DNA from: a virus | Taxonomy: Duplodnaviria > Caudoviricetes | DNA length: 64,000 nt | Reading direction: 5' to 3' (one strand) | Virus record (IMG/VR): IMGVR_UViG_3300048598_000163 | Coordinates: 1-64,000 of that record | Part shown: one piece after another, positions 36,163 through 46,700 of the stretch | Layout: every line of letters begins with the position of its first letter | Numbering within the stretch: the first letter of the stretch is position 1 | Translations under genes and position numbers: made by a program | Notes under the pieces: generated by a model | Databases searched by the model: none | What the model saw: the letters and a program-made list of their open reading frames with translations, nothing else | Told to the model about the DNA's origin: nothing

Positions 36163-37267
36163 AGAGTTTCAGAACAGCACGCCTTGGCATCCGCTGATCC
36201 TCGCTGGTTCGAAGGCTCGGCAGATTTTTTATTATCGTGTATGTAGGCAATGCCTTGTAGAGAATCGAATAGGCTGTTTCAGCCGCCGGCGGATTCGTGA
36301 TCCATACAACCTTATTTGTCCCGGCAAGAATAAAATCGATTTCGGGATAATACTCCTTTACCGTAGTAAATATGCGCTCTATCGATTCGACGAAAAAGGC
36401 ACTGATGGTATCTTCCGCCCCTTCTTTTCTGATCAGAACCTCTTTTGCAAGAGTGCTTCCTGACAGGACGGTAATTACGTCTCCCTCTCCTATGTCGCAG
36501 CAGTAAGGAGCCGTTAAGACAGCATCGCCACCCGCCGTTTCGATCATCTTTGATTCAACGTCGTTAAAGCCCTGGGAAAGAATTACAAATTTATTCGGCT
36601 CTAACCATTTCACGTCGGTTGCCTTCAGGGATCCTTTTTGAACAATTTCAGCACCGGTTAACGAATCTGTCAGCCTAAGCCGAACCATATCCATTCGATA
36701 TTCAAGAACCTCGAATTCCTTTTCGTCGTCCTTCACCGTGCATGACAGAATATCGCCCGGAGCAGTATATACGACGGATTGGATCGTAGAGGATTCAGAA
36801 CGGCACCCTGGTACCCGAAAGAAACCGCCTCCCAAGGAAACGAGCGCAACGGAATCGATCTTATTTTCCCTGGAATACGATGTTTCGACGGCAACATAAT
36901 CGTCCGCCCCGGTCGCCTTTTCTCCGAATTTGAGATACCTCCCGTATTTCGTGAAAGGTATTGAAACCCCGTTGTAATAAACAGCTTTAACGTCTCCATC
37001 CGAGCGCTCGGATAGAACAACTGCACCGTCTTTGTCCACGGGTAGCGTGTTTATTCTTCGTTCTTCCTTTTGGTGGCTGTAAATAATCCCAGTTCCGCCA
37101 CAAAGAGGGCATCGAATATCAGGTTGATTCCCGTCGCCGGTTACACACGAGCATTTCATTGACGTTCTCCATCGGACATATTGCCCATGGCGTTCAATCA
37201 GCGCTTCATAGTTTTCCTTTCCGAGCTTGAGTTTTACGGGTGAATCAAAACCGAGGCCGTATGTCAT
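36119..37267 (-). CDS. Head closure / neck protein
   Basis: LIERHGQYVRW...KCSC...CPLCGGTGIIY. Confidence 0.65.
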   Translation of the reverse strand: MTYGLGFDSPVKLKLGKENYEALIERHGQYVRWRTSMKCSCVTGDGNQPDIRCPLCGGTGIIYSHQKEERRINTLPVDKDGAVVLSERSDGDVKAVYYNGVSIPFTKYGRYLKFGEKATGADDYVAVETSYSRENKIDSVALVSLGGGFFRVPGCRSESSTIQSVVYTAPGDILSCTVKDDEKEFEVLEYRMDMVRLRLTDSLTGAEIVQKGSLKATDVKWLEPNKFVILSQGFNDVESKMIETAGGDAVLTAPYCCDIGEGDVITVLSGSTLAKEVLIRKEGAEDTISAFFVESIERIFTTVKEYYPEIDFILAGTNKVVWITNPPAAETAYSILYKALPTYTIIKNLPSLRTSEDQRMPRRAVLKLFAAFKEGRRINQND

Positions 37268-37875
37268 ACCGCGATCTCCTCGTGCAGGAAAGGTCTTGCT
37301 TCGTTCCCGATTCTTACAACCGGGAAGCCCCTCTTTGAAAAACCTTCAACGACTCCGATCTTTTTTCCGACGCTCACCGAAACTCCTTTCTTGAGCTTGA
37401 GCATGGCGTTTTTCCGGGTGCTGATAGATGAAACAAGGCGATCTGTTTTCTCGTTGTACTCTTTCTGCAAATCGCTTGCCTGTTCTGGCTTATCGGCCAT
37501 AAGTTTGAGGTACCATGCTGTTTGAAAATCAGCTTCGATGTCCTTGTCCCGCGTGTCACGGTCGAATTTATAGTTCTGGTATTTCGTTTCAATGCGCTGC
37601 GCAAGCGCCGGATCATACATCGCGAATTTGGATACCAGCGGCTTGATCTGATAATCTACCGAACCCCGGTCAAGGTGATCGAAATACCCACGGTTATCAC
37701 TCCGCTGTTTCATATCGTCGTTGGAAAATAAATCAACCTGCCCTTTGTTTTTGCCACTGTTTCGATCTTCCGGGGATACCCAATAAGTCATCTCGCGCCC
37801 ATCGGCGCGAACCTTTTTTTCAGGTATGAGTTTCCCATAGTCTTTCGCTTTCAGAAGAAGTACTGGCGCGTTCAT
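37264..37875 (-). CDS. Hypothetical protein carrying the shared head-cargo N-terminal module
   Basis: LLKA...KKVRADGREMTYWVSP...QVDLF. Confidence 0.65.
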   Translation of the reverse strand: MNAPVLLLKAKDYGKLIPEKKVRADGREMTYWVSPEDRNSGKNKGQVDLFSNDDMKQRSDNRGYFDHLDRGSVDYQIKPLVSKFAMYDPALAQRIETKYQNYKFDRDTRDKDIEADFQTAWYLKLMADKPEQASDLQKEYNEKTDRLVSSISTRKNAMLKLKKGVSVSVGKKIGVVEGFSKRGFPVVRIGNEARPFLHEEIAV

Positions 37876-38777
37876 GAGGCACGCTCCATGAACTCTTTAT
37901 CCGTCATGGTACCTTTATGGAGGTTGCACGACGGGCAGCTTATCGCGAGGTTATTCTTTTCGTTTTTCCCGCCACGGATAAGAGGAATCTTGTGCTCAAG
38001 GTGGTATTTTTCTTGAATTGGGTCTTTGCAGTAAACGCATGTGAGGGCGCCGTACAGCACAATATTCTCGCTCTCGACTTCCTGTACTACTTTTGAAGAG
38101 AGTCTACCGGCGTTTCGTTCGAGAACACGCCTGTTGGCACTTTTCTGTTTGGTGTGACGCCTACCCTTTTCGGTTTTATACCAGTTTTTTACGAGCTGGG
38201 AGTGATGCTCCTTATGCCTCTCAACCCAGTCTTTTTGTCCGGCTTTTACTTTTTCCGGATTCTGTATAGCCCAACCAGAACGATATCCGTCATATCGTTT
38301 TTTGGTTTCGGGGTCACTCATATATTTCGCCCATCTTTTTTTATAGATATCAGGATCTGCGGTGTATTCTCTCTTACGTTTTTCGTTTCTACATTTAACG
38401 CAATTTTCAGTATATCCATCGAGTGTTTGTTTACTTTTATAGAAATTGCAAATTGGTAAAACCTGTTTGCAGGAACAGCACCTTTTCTCCGTTATTTCAG
38501 GCTTTTCCATTTGCTTTACAGTATGAATATACTCTTTGTGCCTAATACTCGCGCAAGAACGGCAGACGGTGTTTCTTCCATCTTTATTGGCAATATTCTT
38601 GGTGAATTCCTCGATAGGCTTTTCAACACCACATTTCCCGCAAACCTTACTCGCGGGAACGTCTTTCTTTATCTTGAGACAGTCCTTGCACGGCTGACGT
38701 ATTCCGCATCTGTTGCGCGAGTCAGAGAAAAATGCAAACTTTTCTTTTTCAGCTCCACAGCACGTACACACTGCCAT
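37872..38777 (-). CDS. HNH endonuclease with tandem CxxC zinc-finger repeats
   Basis: CVYC...HLEHKIPLIRGGKNEKNNLAISCPSCNLHKG; three KxCxxC...KDG...CxxC repeats. Confidence 0.88.
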   Translation of the reverse strand: MAVCTCCGAEKEKFAFFSDSRNRCGIRQPCKDCLKIKKDVPASKVCGKCGVEKPIEEFTKNIANKDGRNTVCRSCASIRHKEYIHTVKQMEKPEITEKRCCSCKQVLPICNFYKSKQTLDGYTENCVKCRNEKRKREYTADPDIYKKRWAKYMSDPETKKRYDGYRSGWAIQNPEKVKAGQKDWVERHKEHHSQLVKNWYKTEKGRRHTKQKSANRRVLERNAGRLSSKVVQEVESENIVLYGALTCVYCKDPIQEKYHLEHKIPLIRGGKNEKNNLAISCPSCNLHKGTMTDKEFMERAS

Positions 38778-39898
38778 CAGATACTTCCTATGGTTATGTT
38801 TCCGAACTTACTTCTATTCTCTTTGAGATAGGTCTGTATATCTTCCAGATATACTTTAATTCTTGCACCATACATTGCCGACGTCGCGCTTTGTGTGGAG
38901 CTAAATGATTCCGATACCCCGTCCAACGACAACGAACTTGAAGAGAATCCCGAAAGCAGTCCGTCGCCGATTATGTTCAGGAGCTTGCAGGCGGCCGCCT
39001 TCCCGATAATATCCCGGAGGTCCGCGGGAACCATTCCGGAATTCTCGTATCCAGCTGTATAGTCAATTTTGTACCCATGAGGATAGTCGCCATTGCGGTA
39101 GCTCACGCCAACCGCCATCGCGGCCGGAATGATGCGGATTTCTCCCGTGGCTCCGGCCCTCGGGAAAAAGCTGATAACGCCCTTTCGATGGTCGATTCTT
39201 GCCCACGATTCAAGGTCGATAATTTTCTGATCTGCCATTCCGTACAGTATGAAACTTTCGATCGATAAAATCGGCCGCTTCCGGAGCACAATACGCCCGG
39301 CGCGCTGCCATTTGTCATGGCGATACGTGTACGGGTCTTCTGCTTCGTCGTAATCGACCCCTATCTTCCCTTCTTTCGGCTGGCACTTTATTACGGTTTT
39401 TGTGATCGTTATTTTCAGAGCCCGGGCGATCTCGCTGACCGCGGACTGTATTTTCGCTTTTATTTGAGCATCGGAGAAGGTGTCTCCATTCGATGCTTTG
39501 AAATCGATACCCCAAAGATAGGTATACCGAAGATCGTCGGGGGTAAGGATATCTCCGAACCCGCCATCGGGGGCAGCATAATTGCCAAAAGTCCACCCGG
39601 TTTTCTCGGTGCCAATTCTTGACCAGTCGGAATAGGCATAATCAGAAAGAATGGTCGTCATTATTGCGTAGCGGTACTGGTAAATTCCTGCTTCAAGATC
39701 ATAGTCCGTAAACCTCACCGAAGGGACCAGCATTGCCGTTCCGCCATCGGTAAAAGACGTGCCGTCCCAGATCAGCCAATTTCCGCTCTCGCGCTTGCGT
39801 TCTATGCGGAATCCGACAAAGCCGGTAGTCCCGGCGGCGGATTCGATAGTGAGAAGAATATCAGTATTGATTGAGACGGCACTTATTTTCATGGTCAA
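38777..39898 (-). CDS. Head-tail adaptor protein
   Basis: YTAGYEN...VPADLRDIIGK...SLDGVSESFSSTQSA. Confidence 0.7.
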   Translation of the reverse strand: MTMKISAVSINTDILLTIESAAGTTGFVGFRIERKRESGNWLIWDGTSFTDGGTAMLVPSVRFTDYDLEAGIYQYRYAIMTTILSDYAYSDWSRIGTEKTGWTFGNYAAPDGGFGDILTPDDLRYTYLWGIDFKASNGDTFSDAQIKAKIQSAVSEIARALKITITKTVIKCQPKEGKIGVDYDEAEDPYTYRHDKWQRAGRIVLRKRPILSIESFILYGMADQKIIDLESWARIDHRKGVISFFPRAGATGEIRIIPAAMAVGVSYRNGDYPHGYKIDYTAGYENSGMVPADLRDIIGKAAACKLLNIIGDGLLSGFSSSSLSLDGVSESFSSTQSATSAMYGARIKVYLEDIQTYLKENRSKFGNITIGSI

Positions 39899-40296
39899 AC
39901 CTTCTCGTATCCGGGCACTTTCAGGAGCTGCTCGAGATCATCGGAGTCGGGTGTTGCAAGGCCGTCCGCGTCGAATTCAACGGGCTTCCCTGTGACAGCA
40001 TAGACCGATTTCCCAGCCATTGCCACGTTGCGCACCTGTCCTGTTTTCTCGGATCCTTCGCCCTTGTTCTGAACAGTAGTGTCAGAAGATGCCTTCTGGG
40101 CATTGGCGGTTTCGACAGGTTCCGTCGTAGGGATATCGCCGACAGAGACCTTCTCGGCGGATTCACTGGCCGGCGGATTCTCATCAAGCTCGGAGGTATC
40201 CTCGGTAGATTCACTGGCCGCCGGCTGACTCTCGTCAGGTCTTGCGGTATCGACGGGTTCGGTTGTTTCAGCGTCAGTTTTTTTTGCTTTTGCCAT
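39895..40296 (-). CDS. Acidic hypothetical protein
   Basis: 133 aa ORF in head operon. Confidence 0.6.
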   Translation of the reverse strand: MAKAKKTDAETTEPVDTARPDESQPAASESTEDTSELDENPPASESAEKVSVGDIPTTEPVETANAQKASSDTTVQNKGEGSEKTGQVRNVAMAGKSVYAVTGKPVEFDADGLATPDSDDLEQLLKVPGYEKV

Positions 40297-40311
40297 TTAC
40301 GTGCTCCTTGA

Positions 40312-40497
40312 TCAGAGGGGGTCGACGTTGGCCGAAGTGACTACGTTTGTAGTATCGGCCACCGTATGAGTTCCAGCACAATGAGCATTGTGATCTGCCT
40401 TCAATTCATTAATCAGCGTAAATGCTGCCGCAAGCTGATCTGCAAGTTTCTTAAGCGCCGGGCAGGCGCCTTTCAAATCGTCTTTCTTCATGGGCAT
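40312..40497 (-). CDS. Small hypothetical virion protein
   Basis: 61 aa ORF with GGAAGAGG RBS after capsid gene. Confidence 0.55.
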   Translation of the reverse strand: MPMKKDDLKGACPALKKLADQLAAAFTLINELKADHNAHCAGTHTVADTTNVVTSANVDPL

Positions 40498-40511
40498 ACA
40501 ACCTCTTCCAT

Positions 40512-40543
40512 AAAAGGAATACCCCCGGCCTTTCGGCCAGGGG
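40512..40543 (-). terminator. Intrinsic terminator after major capsid gene
   Basis: CCCCTGGCC-GAAA-GGCCGGGGG then TATTCCTTTT. Confidence 0.7.
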
Positions 40544-40551
40544 CAAGCGGA

Positions 40552-41967
40552 TTAGTTCAAGAACCCGTCGTTGGTGTATCCGATGTTCTTGACAACACCG
40601 TGATACCACGGGACCTTGACGTCCGGAGTACCGAAGAGAACGATCAGGAACGGGGTTACCGCGGCCCTGGTCGGGTACAGATCGAACTTCATCAGAGGAA
40701 GGAACTGGTCGAACTGCGCACTCGGCTCGATTGCATCGTGCGAGAGGTACAGAATCGAACCGGTACCAGGAAGATCGTCCTGCTGATCAAGGTGAGTCTT
40801 GGTTGCGGCAGATCCGATACCAATACGAACCATCTCGCGCATATCGGTTCCGGATCCATCCTTCTTCGATCGGGTGATGATGTATCCGGACCCCTTTATT
40901 GTGCCGGGAGTGATCACGATCTTCACTTCCTGTCCGGCCGCTACGGCAACGGATGCGGCAGCAGCTCCCTCGGAAATACCGTATGCGTTTATCGCGTGGA
41001 CGGCGTAAAAGTACGTTCCGGCTTCTGCGGTAACGAATCCAGGGCCACCGCCGGCAGTAAGGGTCTGTGCGGTAAGAGCAAAGGTAGGCGCAGAGGGGCG
41101 TTTATTCGCATCACCGCTCGCGGAAATCTTTCCTTTGACGTGGAACATCTTGTCGGGTCCGGCTTCTTTACCAGCAATCTTGATGTCGCCGGAGAAGGTA
41201 GTCGGGTACTCGAGAACCACGCGGCCGCCCTTGGTGTCATTTTCTCCAAATCGAAGGCGATCCCTGGCGAGTTTCTGGAAGTCGGACGCGATAACGGACG
41301 GCATAAACGCATGAGAGAGGCTTCCGCCGTTGTCAAACACCATCTGCGCGATGTTGTTGATGGATTCCTCGCCAGCCGCGTCGCTCATCTTCGCGCCACG
41401 AAGGTCTACGAGGTTGCGACGCGATGCGTTTGACACAACCTGCTTGAGCACGCTGTCAAACTGCTGCGGTACGACCTCGCTGTCGGCCTGGAACATACCG
41501 AACTCAAGTCCTTTGAGAACGGTGAGGGTTCCTGCCAGCTTTTCAGACGCCATCGCGTCTTCGAGGGTTTTTGCCACCTGCATCTGCAGCGTTACCTCGC
41601 GGTAGGTCTGCATGAACTTCATGGGCTTGGTTACGCGCTCGATCGCCTGATCGGTGTCCCCGGCCTCACCGCCCTCGTCGGCGAAGATATTCATGTGCTC
41701 GCCGGCGTCGTTACGACGGGTGTACTCATGAACGGTCGAGCCGACTTTCTGGGTTTTGAGGAGATTGGTCAGCTTGAAGTCTTCCTGCTTCGCGGCCATA
41801 GCATTGACCATGCTCATCTCGATATCCTCGGGCATGAGCGCACGGCCACCGGTAAACTGCGAGGAATCGGTTCCGGATCCAGCGGAGAGGGCTTTCTGGA
41901 GCTCTCCTTCGCTTACGGTTCCGAATACCGTGTCGCCAGCCCTTGTCGGGTTAAGGAAATCACTCAT
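40552..41967 (-). CDS. Major capsid protein (SPO1/Twort-like)
   Basis: LQKALSAGSGTDSSQFTGGRAL, VGSTVHEY, GTLTVLKGLEFGMFQADS, FDSVLKQV, LMKFDL motifs. Confidence 0.9.
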   Translation of the reverse strand: MSDFLNPTRAGDTVFGTVSEGELQKALSAGSGTDSSQFTGGRALMPEDIEMSMVNAMAAKQEDFKLTNLLKTQKVGSTVHEYTRRNDAGEHMNIFADEGGEAGDTDQAIERVTKPMKFMQTYREVTLQMQVAKTLEDAMASEKLAGTLTVLKGLEFGMFQADSEVVPQQFDSVLKQVVSNASRRNLVDLRGAKMSDAAGEESINNIAQMVFDNGGSLSHAFMPSVIASDFQKLARDRLRFGENDTKGGRVVLEYPTTFSGDIKIAGKEAGPDKMFHVKGKISASGDANKRPSAPTFALTAQTLTAGGGPGFVTAEAGTYFYAVHAINAYGISEGAAAASVAVAAGQEVKIVITPGTIKGSGYIITRSKKDGSGTDMREMVRIGIGSAATKTHLDQQDDLPGTGSILYLSHDAIEPSAQFDQFLPLMKFDLYPTRAAVTPFLIVLFGTPDVKVPWYHGVVKNIGYTNDGFLN

Positions 41968-41985
41968 TGGTGTCTCCCTCCTTTT

Positions 41986-43422
41986 TTATTTGAGCAGCTG
42001 AATCTGTTCAGCTGACAGCGGGAGCGACTTGTTGAGGCGTTCTTCGATAGCGCCCGCCTGCACAAGGTCCATTTTTCCGGATGCGATAAGCTCCTGGGAT
42101 TTCTTCAGGACTTCGGAACGGGTCATAACGACATCCTTGTCCTTGTCCTTGAAGCGAATCTGGGAATTCACGATGGCCTGACGCGGAGCGGGGGTGTCAC
42201 CGATGGACTTCACCATCTGGGCGGTCGCCAAGATTGCACCGCCCATGCTTTTCTGCAGAGAAACCATGCCGTTGACCTGCCGCTCGATCGCGGCCATTCT
42301 GTTGGAAATGCTCTTGGTGAGAGTGTCGAGGAACGGGGCGACATCGAGGAAATCCCCGGCGTTTTCGCGTACATCGTCATAAAGGGACTTTTCGAGGGTT
42401 TTATCCTTCGATTTGTCTTTCTTTCCGGCGGGCTCACCCTCGCCGTTTTCGTCTTCCACGCCTTCGCCTTCGTCATTTTCGCCGGCACCGGTTTCGGGGT
42501 CTGCGGAAAGACTCTGTTCGGGCGGGAAGTCGTTCATTCCTTCGCGGGCGGCTTCTTTGGGTTTCGCCTTAAGTGACTTTTCGAGAGACGCGGTCGTCTC
42601 GTCAAAAGCCTTCAACAGATTTGCGTCCATTGATACTTCCTCCTTCATCTTGTCTTTGTTTGCTATGATATTCCGCAGAATGTTGTCCGCCTCTTCAGGC
42701 GAACACCCGCGGTTTTTCAAGAATTGTTTTATGTCGTCCTCGTCCTTGAAGTCTTTATAGGCCATACCCATCACGACGGCGTATTGATCGGGCTTTCGGT
42801 CATGTTCGACATCCTGCAGAATCATGGCACGGCCGCCGGTCATAGCCGACGAATCGGTACCAAGGCCGGCCTGCAACGACTTCACGAAGGCGGCACCGGA
42901 CAGCGCAACCGGGTCAAGGGTTTGGTTTACCGGCTTGAAGGTAATAGCGATCTCGTCCCAGAGAACGGCCACGACGGCTTCGATCATCTTTCCGAGCTTC
43001 TGGCTGTAGGTTTTTTCCACTTGCGGCATTTTACCGCCAACGGATATATGAAGCGTTTTTGCGCCGGCTTTCAGTTTCTTGATGATTTCCTGGGCTGACT
43101 CAACGGTTGAATAAAGCTTTCCTTTGACGAAAGTTCGATTTCCTTTGGTTCGCACTTCGAGCGGTTCCCCGATGATGTATTTCTCGGGATTCCAGTGCGG
43201 GTCAAGCGGATCAGGCTTGAGGTGCTTGTGGTCGTATGACACAACCCCGTTCGCGAGGAAGTAGTCTTTCGATGCAATGAGCGCTTCCTGCAGAACTACC
43301 TGGCCATCAAAGTCAAGATTCTCATTGGACGCTTCTGCCTCGAAGATGACATTCCCGCTTTCATCGGTTTCGATCGATTTTGACAATCGGAGTTCAAGGT
43401 ATATACGATCCTGATTTACCAT
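41986..43422 (-). CDS. Prohead protease with C-terminal scaffold domain
   Basis: FEAEASNENLDFDGQVV, VSYDHKH (His), LHISVGG (Ser), AITFKPVN; acidic linker and coiled C-terminus. Confidence 0.85.
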   Translation of the reverse strand: MVNQDRIYLELRLSKSIETDESGNVIFEAEASNENLDFDGQVVLQEALIASKDYFLANGVVSYDHKHLKPDPLDPHWNPEKYIIGEPLEVRTKGNRTFVKGKLYSTVESAQEIIKKLKAGAKTLHISVGGKMPQVEKTYSQKLGKMIEAVVAVLWDEIAITFKPVNQTLDPVALSGAAFVKSLQAGLGTDSSAMTGGRAMILQDVEHDRKPDQYAVVMGMAYKDFKDEDDIKQFLKNRGCSPEEADNILRNIIANKDKMKEEVSMDANLLKAFDETTASLEKSLKAKPKEAAREGMNDFPPEQSLSADPETGAGENDEGEGVEDENGEGEPAGKKDKSKDKTLEKSLYDDVRENAGDFLDVAPFLDTLTKSISNRMAAIERQVNGMVSLQKSMGGAILATAQMVKSIGDTPAPRQAIVNSQIRFKDKDKDVVMTRSEVLKKSQELIASGKMDLVQAGAIEERLNKSLPLSAEQIQLLK

Positions 43423-43440
43423 TTCGCCCTCATTCGCGGA

Positions 43441-43480
43441 AAATAAAAAAAGGCCGCACGCCCCGAAGGGAATGCGGCCT
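43441..43480 (-). terminator. Intrinsic terminator ~20 nt upstream of protease start
   Basis: AGGCCGCA...TGCGGCCT stem then TTTTTTATTT on minus strand. Confidence 0.78.
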
Positions 43481-43528
43481 TATTCTTCAATAAGCACCAC
43501 TTAAATGGTTTGGTATGAATGTTACAGT

Positions 43529-43558
43529 ATTCTACATACGGATTTGGATTCCTGTCAA
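43529..43558 (-). promoter_or_regulatory. Near-consensus sigma70 promoter
   Basis: TTGACA (43558-43553), 18 nt, TAGAAT (43534-43529). Confidence 0.6.
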
Positions 43559-43779
43559 CCGCCCGCGGCCTTTTTACCGCGTTGCAAGGCCATATACGCG
43601 GCTCTCGCGGCTTCATCGCCGCCCGCGGCCCGCCGCCGAAGGATTTCGATACGCGCTTGCGTACCCGTGAACGCGTGGCGCTTTCCGAAGGCTATTTCCT
43701 GATTCTTCTTTTGCGCTTCGTTCCGGCGAAGATTCACTCGGGCCATAAGGCTATATATTTCATCACGCTTGTCGTTCAT
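43555..43779 (-). CDS. Small basic hypothetical protein
   Basis: 74 aa, ATGA-coupled to helicase gene. Confidence 0.55.
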   Translation of the reverse strand: MNDKRDEIYSLMARVNLRRNEAQKKNQEIAFGKRHAFTGTQARIEILRRRAAGGDEAARAAYMALQRGKKAAGG

Positions 43780-46700
43780 GCTGCGCTCCTTGCCGGTTCG
43801 TTTTCATTTCCATTGTTATACCTTTCTTGGCGCGCATTCGCAATATGCGACGCAAGGCCGGTATCGTCAAGAACTCCCGGATCTTCTTCGAAAATGCTGC
43901 CAAGGGCTTTCTTCCGTTGAATACGATCCCATTTCGTTGCCTCGTGCTCTGTATCAGAAACAATGTCGTGATAATCGATTTCCGAATGAGCCTGACCCAT
44001 ACGGTCTATTCTTCCCTCGCGCTGGGTCTTCACCCATGCTGTTTGCGGAAGATCGAAATTCATGAGGTACCCGGCGTTCTGCAGATTAAGGCCTGTCGCG
44101 CCGGCATCCGAGCACAGAATAACGTCGTATATTCGTTCTGCCGGATTCGGTGGATTGAATCCCACCTTCACTTTTTCTTTGTCCTGCCCGGTCATGGCTC
44201 CTTGGATTATTCCTACGCGCATACCCTTCGCCTCCATGGCCGCTCGAAGATTATCGACGGTCTGGATATTATGCGCAAAGATAACACCGGGCTTCAGGTC
44301 ACCAACCTTGCTTGCTGTCTTCTCGTTCGGCGATTCATATCTCTTTGTGTCAATGATATCCATAGTCCGCTTTATTTTCGCGTTGTCGTGCCAATCGAAC
44401 TGATTTACCACTCGATTCAGGGCTTCTTCTTTGATGGTACCAACAGACTCTTGCAGGTTTTTTGCTATTCCTTCGTATTCGTCCTCGGATTTTCCCTTGA
44501 ATGAATTCGGTGAAAGATACTGCATTGCTTCGATATCAACCGACCCGGCCCGGGACGCTTTACTGGCACGCCGAAACATTTCCCCTACCTTGTCGTAGGC
44601 TTCCTTCTGCCGCCCTTCAAGTGAAATCATCTCTTTGTGAAAGTTTTTCTTCACGCCGGTAACCGTAGGGCTCGCGTAATTATACCGATTAATGAGCCTC
44701 TGAAGAGACCGACGGTTGAATTGGGTATCAACGCCGTAACGCTTCATGAACTCATTACGATCCGTGAAGCGATCAGGTGCTACCTTGTGCAGCATATCGA
44801 ACGCCTCCGATGCGTCATTTTTCACCGGGGTTGCCGTCTGGGCCATGTAATATTCGCAATTCTGGTTAAGGGCATCCATGACGTTCGATAGCGTGGTATC
44901 AGGCTTGCCTTCCCGATTTGTTATGTAATGGGCCTCGTCCGTTGTCATCATGTCGAATTTAACGCCTTCTTTGGCAAGCGTGTCTCCAAGCATCTTCTTT
45001 CGTTCCGGCTCCGTAAGGCCGTTGAAATGTTCTTTCATGGCTTCAGCGTCCATACTGTTGTTTTTAGCCATAAGGTAAATCATATCGTCTCGAAGGGACT
45101 GATGCGTGAATATACACATATCGTTATTCCCGTCTTTCATTGCCTGGATACGATGATCGCGGTCCAGGGTGGGATCTGACTTGATCTGGTATTTTCCGGG
45201 AACGCAGAAAGTGTTTACTTCATTGCCGAACTGCGAAAGAACTACCGACGGTACCGCGAACACCGCACGTTTTGCCTTCCCTTGCGCCTTGAGGTCCGTG
45301 AAGGCCCCAATCGATATGATCGTCTTGCCTTTCCCGGTTCCAAAGGTGAGGTTCATGCGCTTTGATGCTTCGAGCATTTTGATAGATCGCTCACGAGTTC
45401 CGGCCGCGGTCATGGTGTTGACCTTGAATTTCTGCCCACGAAGCTGGTTTCTTGAAAGTTGCGGTATCATACTCGCGAGCTGCCCTTGGGCACGCTTTCC
45501 CAAGGAAACTATTTCAGTACCGTCATTCTGTTTGAGATCAGCAGGGTCGGAAAACATATCGACCTGTTTTGCCTCCTCGGCCTTTTTCTGCGATTCATAT
45601 TCCTTAAATTTGTCTTTCCACGATCCCGAGGAGAATCGTCCATTATTGCGATTTGCCAGGGAGCCGCCGGCCTCCCCCATCTCGCGCTTAAACCGGTCAG
45701 TATACGAATCACGAACATCCTTATGGAGCATCCCGAGTACATGATCGTCTGCGTTCCTGATTTTTTCGGTTCGTGTTTGCGGCTTCTTTCCGGTAAGTTT
45801 CGTGTAGTGCTTTAGGAATCGCTCGGTATAGTCTCCCTTTATCCGGTCGATTACCGCCTCTTGTGCGTGAGAAACGTCACCGTGCATCCGCACGTACTCG
45901 CCCCACGGGCTTTTTTCTTGTCGAGTCTCGCCGGCTGCATACTGATCAGCTGTATACCCGGCCATGTTCTTCAGGAAATGATCCCGCATTTGCGACTTAA
46001 ACATCTCGTCAAGCTTTCCGGGCAATGCCGCTTCGAGCTTTGCAACCTCTTTTTCGGCGTCTTTCGCATCGGTCACGAGCGAAGGGTCTCGGAGGCTGTC
46101 GATCTCGTCAAACAGTTCCGCCGCACCGTCTACGTTCGCCCTGTATGTTGAATAATCGCCGGGCACAACGCGCGCGAGCTTCGGAATGTCCTTTTCTCCA
46201 AACATATCCTCTGTCGAGTAGTTCTGAATCAGATCAGCTTTGATATTTTCGTACGCGGCGTCCTCTGACCCTCCGTTTTGGCCCTTGACGTATTTCTGCC
46301 ATGCCGCGGCGCGAGATATCCCTTTTTCACCAGTTGAGAGTCCCTGGCTGGCCGTGTCTGCCGCCATGCTTCCTGCGTATATGTTCTTTTCCCAATATCG
46401 CCGTAGGTCTGTCTGTTCAGCGGGCGAGAGGTCTCCGATGTCCTTGAATGCGAAGCAACCTTCCGGAAGCTCTCCGAGCGCGCGGTGAGCCGCCTCCTCG
46501 GTGCGCTTGATCGACAGGGCGTCATCGCCAAGCGATTGGTTATCAATGCCGCCCTCGGGCATTGACGTATCCGGACCCGGATCCTGATAGTCGGGAGCAT
46601 TCCGGTCAACGAGCCCGGCCGGCATCCACCCGGGCTCGTCGCGGAGGCCCGCCTTGATCGCGTCGATCTCATTTTCGAGACGGATTTCCTCGGCGTCGAC

